DNA from: an uncultured delta proteobacterium
GTDB taxonomy: Bacteria > Myxococcota > UBA727 > VGSZ01
DNA: 64,000 nucleotides
Direction of reading: 5' to 3'
Assembly: GCA_963775425.1 (NCBI GenBank)
Contig: CAVZJB010000006.1
Coordinates: 32,001-96,000, forward strand
Shown: positions 61,654 to 64,000 of the stretch, in pieces
Numbering within the stretch: position 1 is the stretch's first letter
How the letters are laid out: each line of letters starts with the position of its first letter
The notes under the pieces: generated by a model
Databases searched by the model: none
The model's input: only the letters and a program-made list of their open reading frames with translations
Told to the model about the DNA's origin: nothing
Program-made: the position numbers and the translations under genes

Positions 61654-64000
61654 TCGGCGGCTCCCTTCATCGCCGGGCGCTGCGCGCGCAGGGCCGCGAG
61701 CACCCTGGCCGGGGAGAACGGCAGCTCGAAGAGCCGGACGCCGACGGCGTCGTAGAGGGCGTTGGCGACGGCCGGGATGGTCGAGTGCAGCGGGCCCTCG
61801 CCGGCCTCCTTGGCGCCGTAGGGGCCGTTTTGGTCGGGGCGCTCGACGATGAGCGCCTCGATGGGCGGCGTGTCGAGCGAGGTGGGGATGCGGTAGTCGA
61901 GGAGCGACGGCCCGACGAGCATGCCCGCGCGCACCGCCTTGGACGGCGCAGGCACGCCGAGCGCGTCGTGGCCGTAGAGCATGTTCTCCATGAAGACCTC
62001 GGCCATGCCCATGTACGTGGAGCCCTCAATCTGTCCCTCCACGAGCACCGGCTGCAGCGCGGTGCCGCAGTCGTGCGCGACCCAGATCTTCTTCACGTCG
62101 ATGCGCCCGGTCTCCTCGTCCACCTCGACCTCGGCGACGTGCGCCGTGGCCGAGTACGCCGGCGACGCCCCGATGGTGCCGCCGCGGTAGTCGCCGCCGC
62201 GCTCGGAGGTGCGGTAGCCGCCGGTGGCGCCGAGCGTGCCGTACCTGGCCTCGGCGAGCCGGAACGCCTCCGCGCACGACATCGCCCTGGCGGTGTCGCC
62301 GCGCAGCCACGCGCGCCCGTGGCCGAGCAGCACGTCCTCCGCCGCGACGCCGTGGGGTGGCGCGGCGGCTTGTCCGCCGCCGTCGCCACTCTTGGCCCAG
62401 TGCTCGGCGACGGCGCTCTGCACTTGCTCCCGCAGCGTGCGGCACGCCTCGAGCGCGGCGTGGCCCATCATCAAGGTCACGCGCGACGAGTACGCCCCGA
62501 GGTCCACCGGCGTGAGGTCCGTGTCCGACGACACCACGCGCACGTCCTCGAGCTCGACGCCGAGCTCTTCGCAGGCGATGACGGCGAGGACGCTGTCGCT
62601 GCCCTGGCCGATGTCGCTCGCGCCCGAAAACACCGTCACCCGGCCGCTTCTGTCGAGCTTCACCTGCACGCCCGACTGCGGCATCTGGTTCGGGTAGATG
62701 GGGTAGTTGGTGCCGGAGATGTACATCGACGACGCGACGCCGAGCCCCCGCCCGCGCGGCAGCTTCCCGCGCCAATCGCGCCACGCGGAGGCGCGCTCGA
62801 CCGCGTCGAGGCACGCGAGGAGCCCCGAGGACCCGAGGTGCTGCCCGTTCACCAGCGTGGAGTTTTCGCCGGCGAAGTTCCTGCGGCGCAGCTCGACCGG
62901 GTCGAGGCCGAGCTTCTCGGCGAGCATGTCGAGGTGGATCTCGAGGGCGAAGCGCGGCTGCACCGAGCCGTGGCCGCGCTTGGGGCCGCACGCGGGCTTG
63001 TTGGTGTAGTAGCGGGTGGCGTCGAAGGCGTAGGCCTCGAAGCCCACCGGCCCCGTGAGGAGCTGGCCCGCGTAGTACGCCGTGATCATGCCGAAGCTCG
63101 CGTAGGCGCCGCCGTCGATGTCGATCTTGCTCTTCACCGCCTTGATGCGCCCCTGGGCGTCGGCGGCCGTGGTGTAGCGCATGCGCATCGGGTGGCGGCC
63201 GCGGTGGGCGTAGAAGACCTCTTCGCGCGTGTAGAGGCACTTCACCGGGCGCCCGGTGACCATGGCGAGCTTGGCGACGACGAACTCGAGCGTGAAGGGC
63301 TCGCTCTTGCCGCCGAACGCGCCGCCCACCGCGGGCTGGATCACGCGCACGCGCGCCTGCTCGAGGCCGAGGACCTCCGCGAGGTCCCGGTGCAGGTAGT
63401 GCGGCACCTGCGTCGACGACGTCACCGTGAGCACGCCGCGCTCGTCGACCTGGCCGATGGCGCAGTGCGGCTCGATGGGCGCGTGGGTGGTGCCGACGAA
63501 GAAGAACGTGTCTTCGACCACGGCGCCGGAGGAACGGCACGCGGCGATGTTGCCGTCGACGTCGCCGAAGGACAGCTCCACGCGCTTGGTGATGTTGCCC
63601 TTCTTGGCGTGCTCGTTGACCTTGCTCTGCGCGTCGTTGCCGGTGGCGGCGGCGGTGTCGACGTCGAGGACGGGCGTGAGGTCTTCGTATTCGACGCGGA
63701 TGGCCTTCACGGCGGCGTTGGCCGTCTCCTCGTCGACGGCGGCGACGGCGGCGACGGCGTCGCCGATGTAGCGGACCTTGTCGACCGCGAGCGCGGTCTC
63801 GTCGCGCGTCCACGGGATGATGCCGTACTTCCTGGGCAGGTCCTTGCCGGTGACGACGGCGTACACCCCGGGCATCGCCACCGCGGCGTCGACGTCGATG
63901 CGGGCGATCTTCGCGTGCACCCTCGTGGACCGCTTGATCTTGGCGTGGAGCATGCCGGGGAGCTGGATGTCGTCGGCGTAGAGCACGCGGCCGGCGGCCT
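61650..64000 (-). CDS. Xanthine dehydrogenase family molybdopterin-binding subunit (HcrA-like); start lies beyond the window
   Basis: YADDI, HAPIEPH, STQVPH, VGGAFGGK, RGHG, DIGQGS, AYSSRVT, VEGQIEG, GAKEAGEG, ANALYDAVG. Confidence 0.93.
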   Translation of the reverse strand, partial: AAGRVLYADDIQLPGMLHAKIKRSTRVHAKIARIDVDAAVAMPGVYAVVTGKDLPRKYGIIPWTRDETALAVDKVRYIGDAVAAVAAVDEETANAAVKAIRVEYEDLTPVLDVDTAAATGNDAQSKVNEHAKKGNITKRVELSFGDVDGNIAACRSSGAVVEDTFFFVGTTHAPIEPHCAIGQVDERGVLTVTSSTQVPHYLHRDLAEVLGLEQARVRVIQPAVGGAFGGKSEPFTLEFVVAKLAMVTGRPVKCLYTREEVFYAHRGRHPMRMRYTTAADAQGRIKAVKSKIDIDGGAYASFGMITAYYAGQLLTGPVGFEAYAFDATRYYTNKPACGPKRGHGSVQPRFALEIHLDMLAEKLGLDPVELRRRNFAGENSTLVNGQHLGSSGLLACLDAVERASAWRDWRGKLPRGRGLGVASSMYISGTNYPIYPNQMPQSGVQVKLDRSGRVTVFSGASDIGQGSDSVLAVIACEELGVELEDVRVVSSDTDLTPVDLGAYSSRVTLMMGHAALEACRTLREQVQSAVAEHWAKSGDGGGQAAAPPHGVAAEDVLLGHGRAWLRGDTARAMSCAEAFRLAEARYGTLGATGGYRTSERGGDYRGGTIGASPAYSATAHVAEVEVDEETGRIDVKKIWVAHDCGTALQPVLVEGQIEGSTYMGMAEVFMENMLYGHDALGVPAPSKAVRAGMLVGPSLLDYRIPTSLDTPPIEALIVERPDQNGPYGAKEAGEGPLHSTIPAVANALYDAVGVRLFELPFSPARVLAALRAQRPAMKGAAE

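Overview
This is a very GC-rich, gene-dense bacterial window. It is most consistent with a Myxococcota-like deltaproteobacterium, based on MYXO-CTERM-like sorting tails, a PEGA Ser/Thr kinase and receiver/DUF4388/TPR proteins. It holds about 50 CDSs. Housekeeping and metabolic genes include DAHP synthase, a Pal-like lipoprotein, tsaD, ilvA, GH31, GT2/GT4/asnB, methylmalonyl-CoA mutase with meaB, an aldehyde dehydrogenase and 4-hydroxybenzoyl-CoA-reductase-like molybdoenzyme subunits. Many signalling genes are also present. No rRNA, tRNA, true CRISPR array, transposase or integrase was recognised. Three loci stand out. (1) 14286-21069: a tightly coupled seven-gene operon with intact but apparently redox-dead NuoA/B/C/D homologues (NuoB has no cysteines; NuoD lacks the quinone-site His/Tyr), followed by an MscS channel and two cation:proton antiporters. 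(2) 43316-45238: a cassette between the mutase gene and meaB with an MqsA-like HTH-nucleotidyltransferase, a second paralogous nucleotidyltransferase, a perfect operator-like palindrome and a ~420-nt nested-stem non-coding element. (3) 25712-26738: a degraded four-helix-bundle gene flanked by inverted GTAG-REP-like repeats, where the spacer between two repeats is a 28/31-nt copy of the gene itself. All assignments come from motifs read by eye; no database searches were run, and several start codons are estimates.
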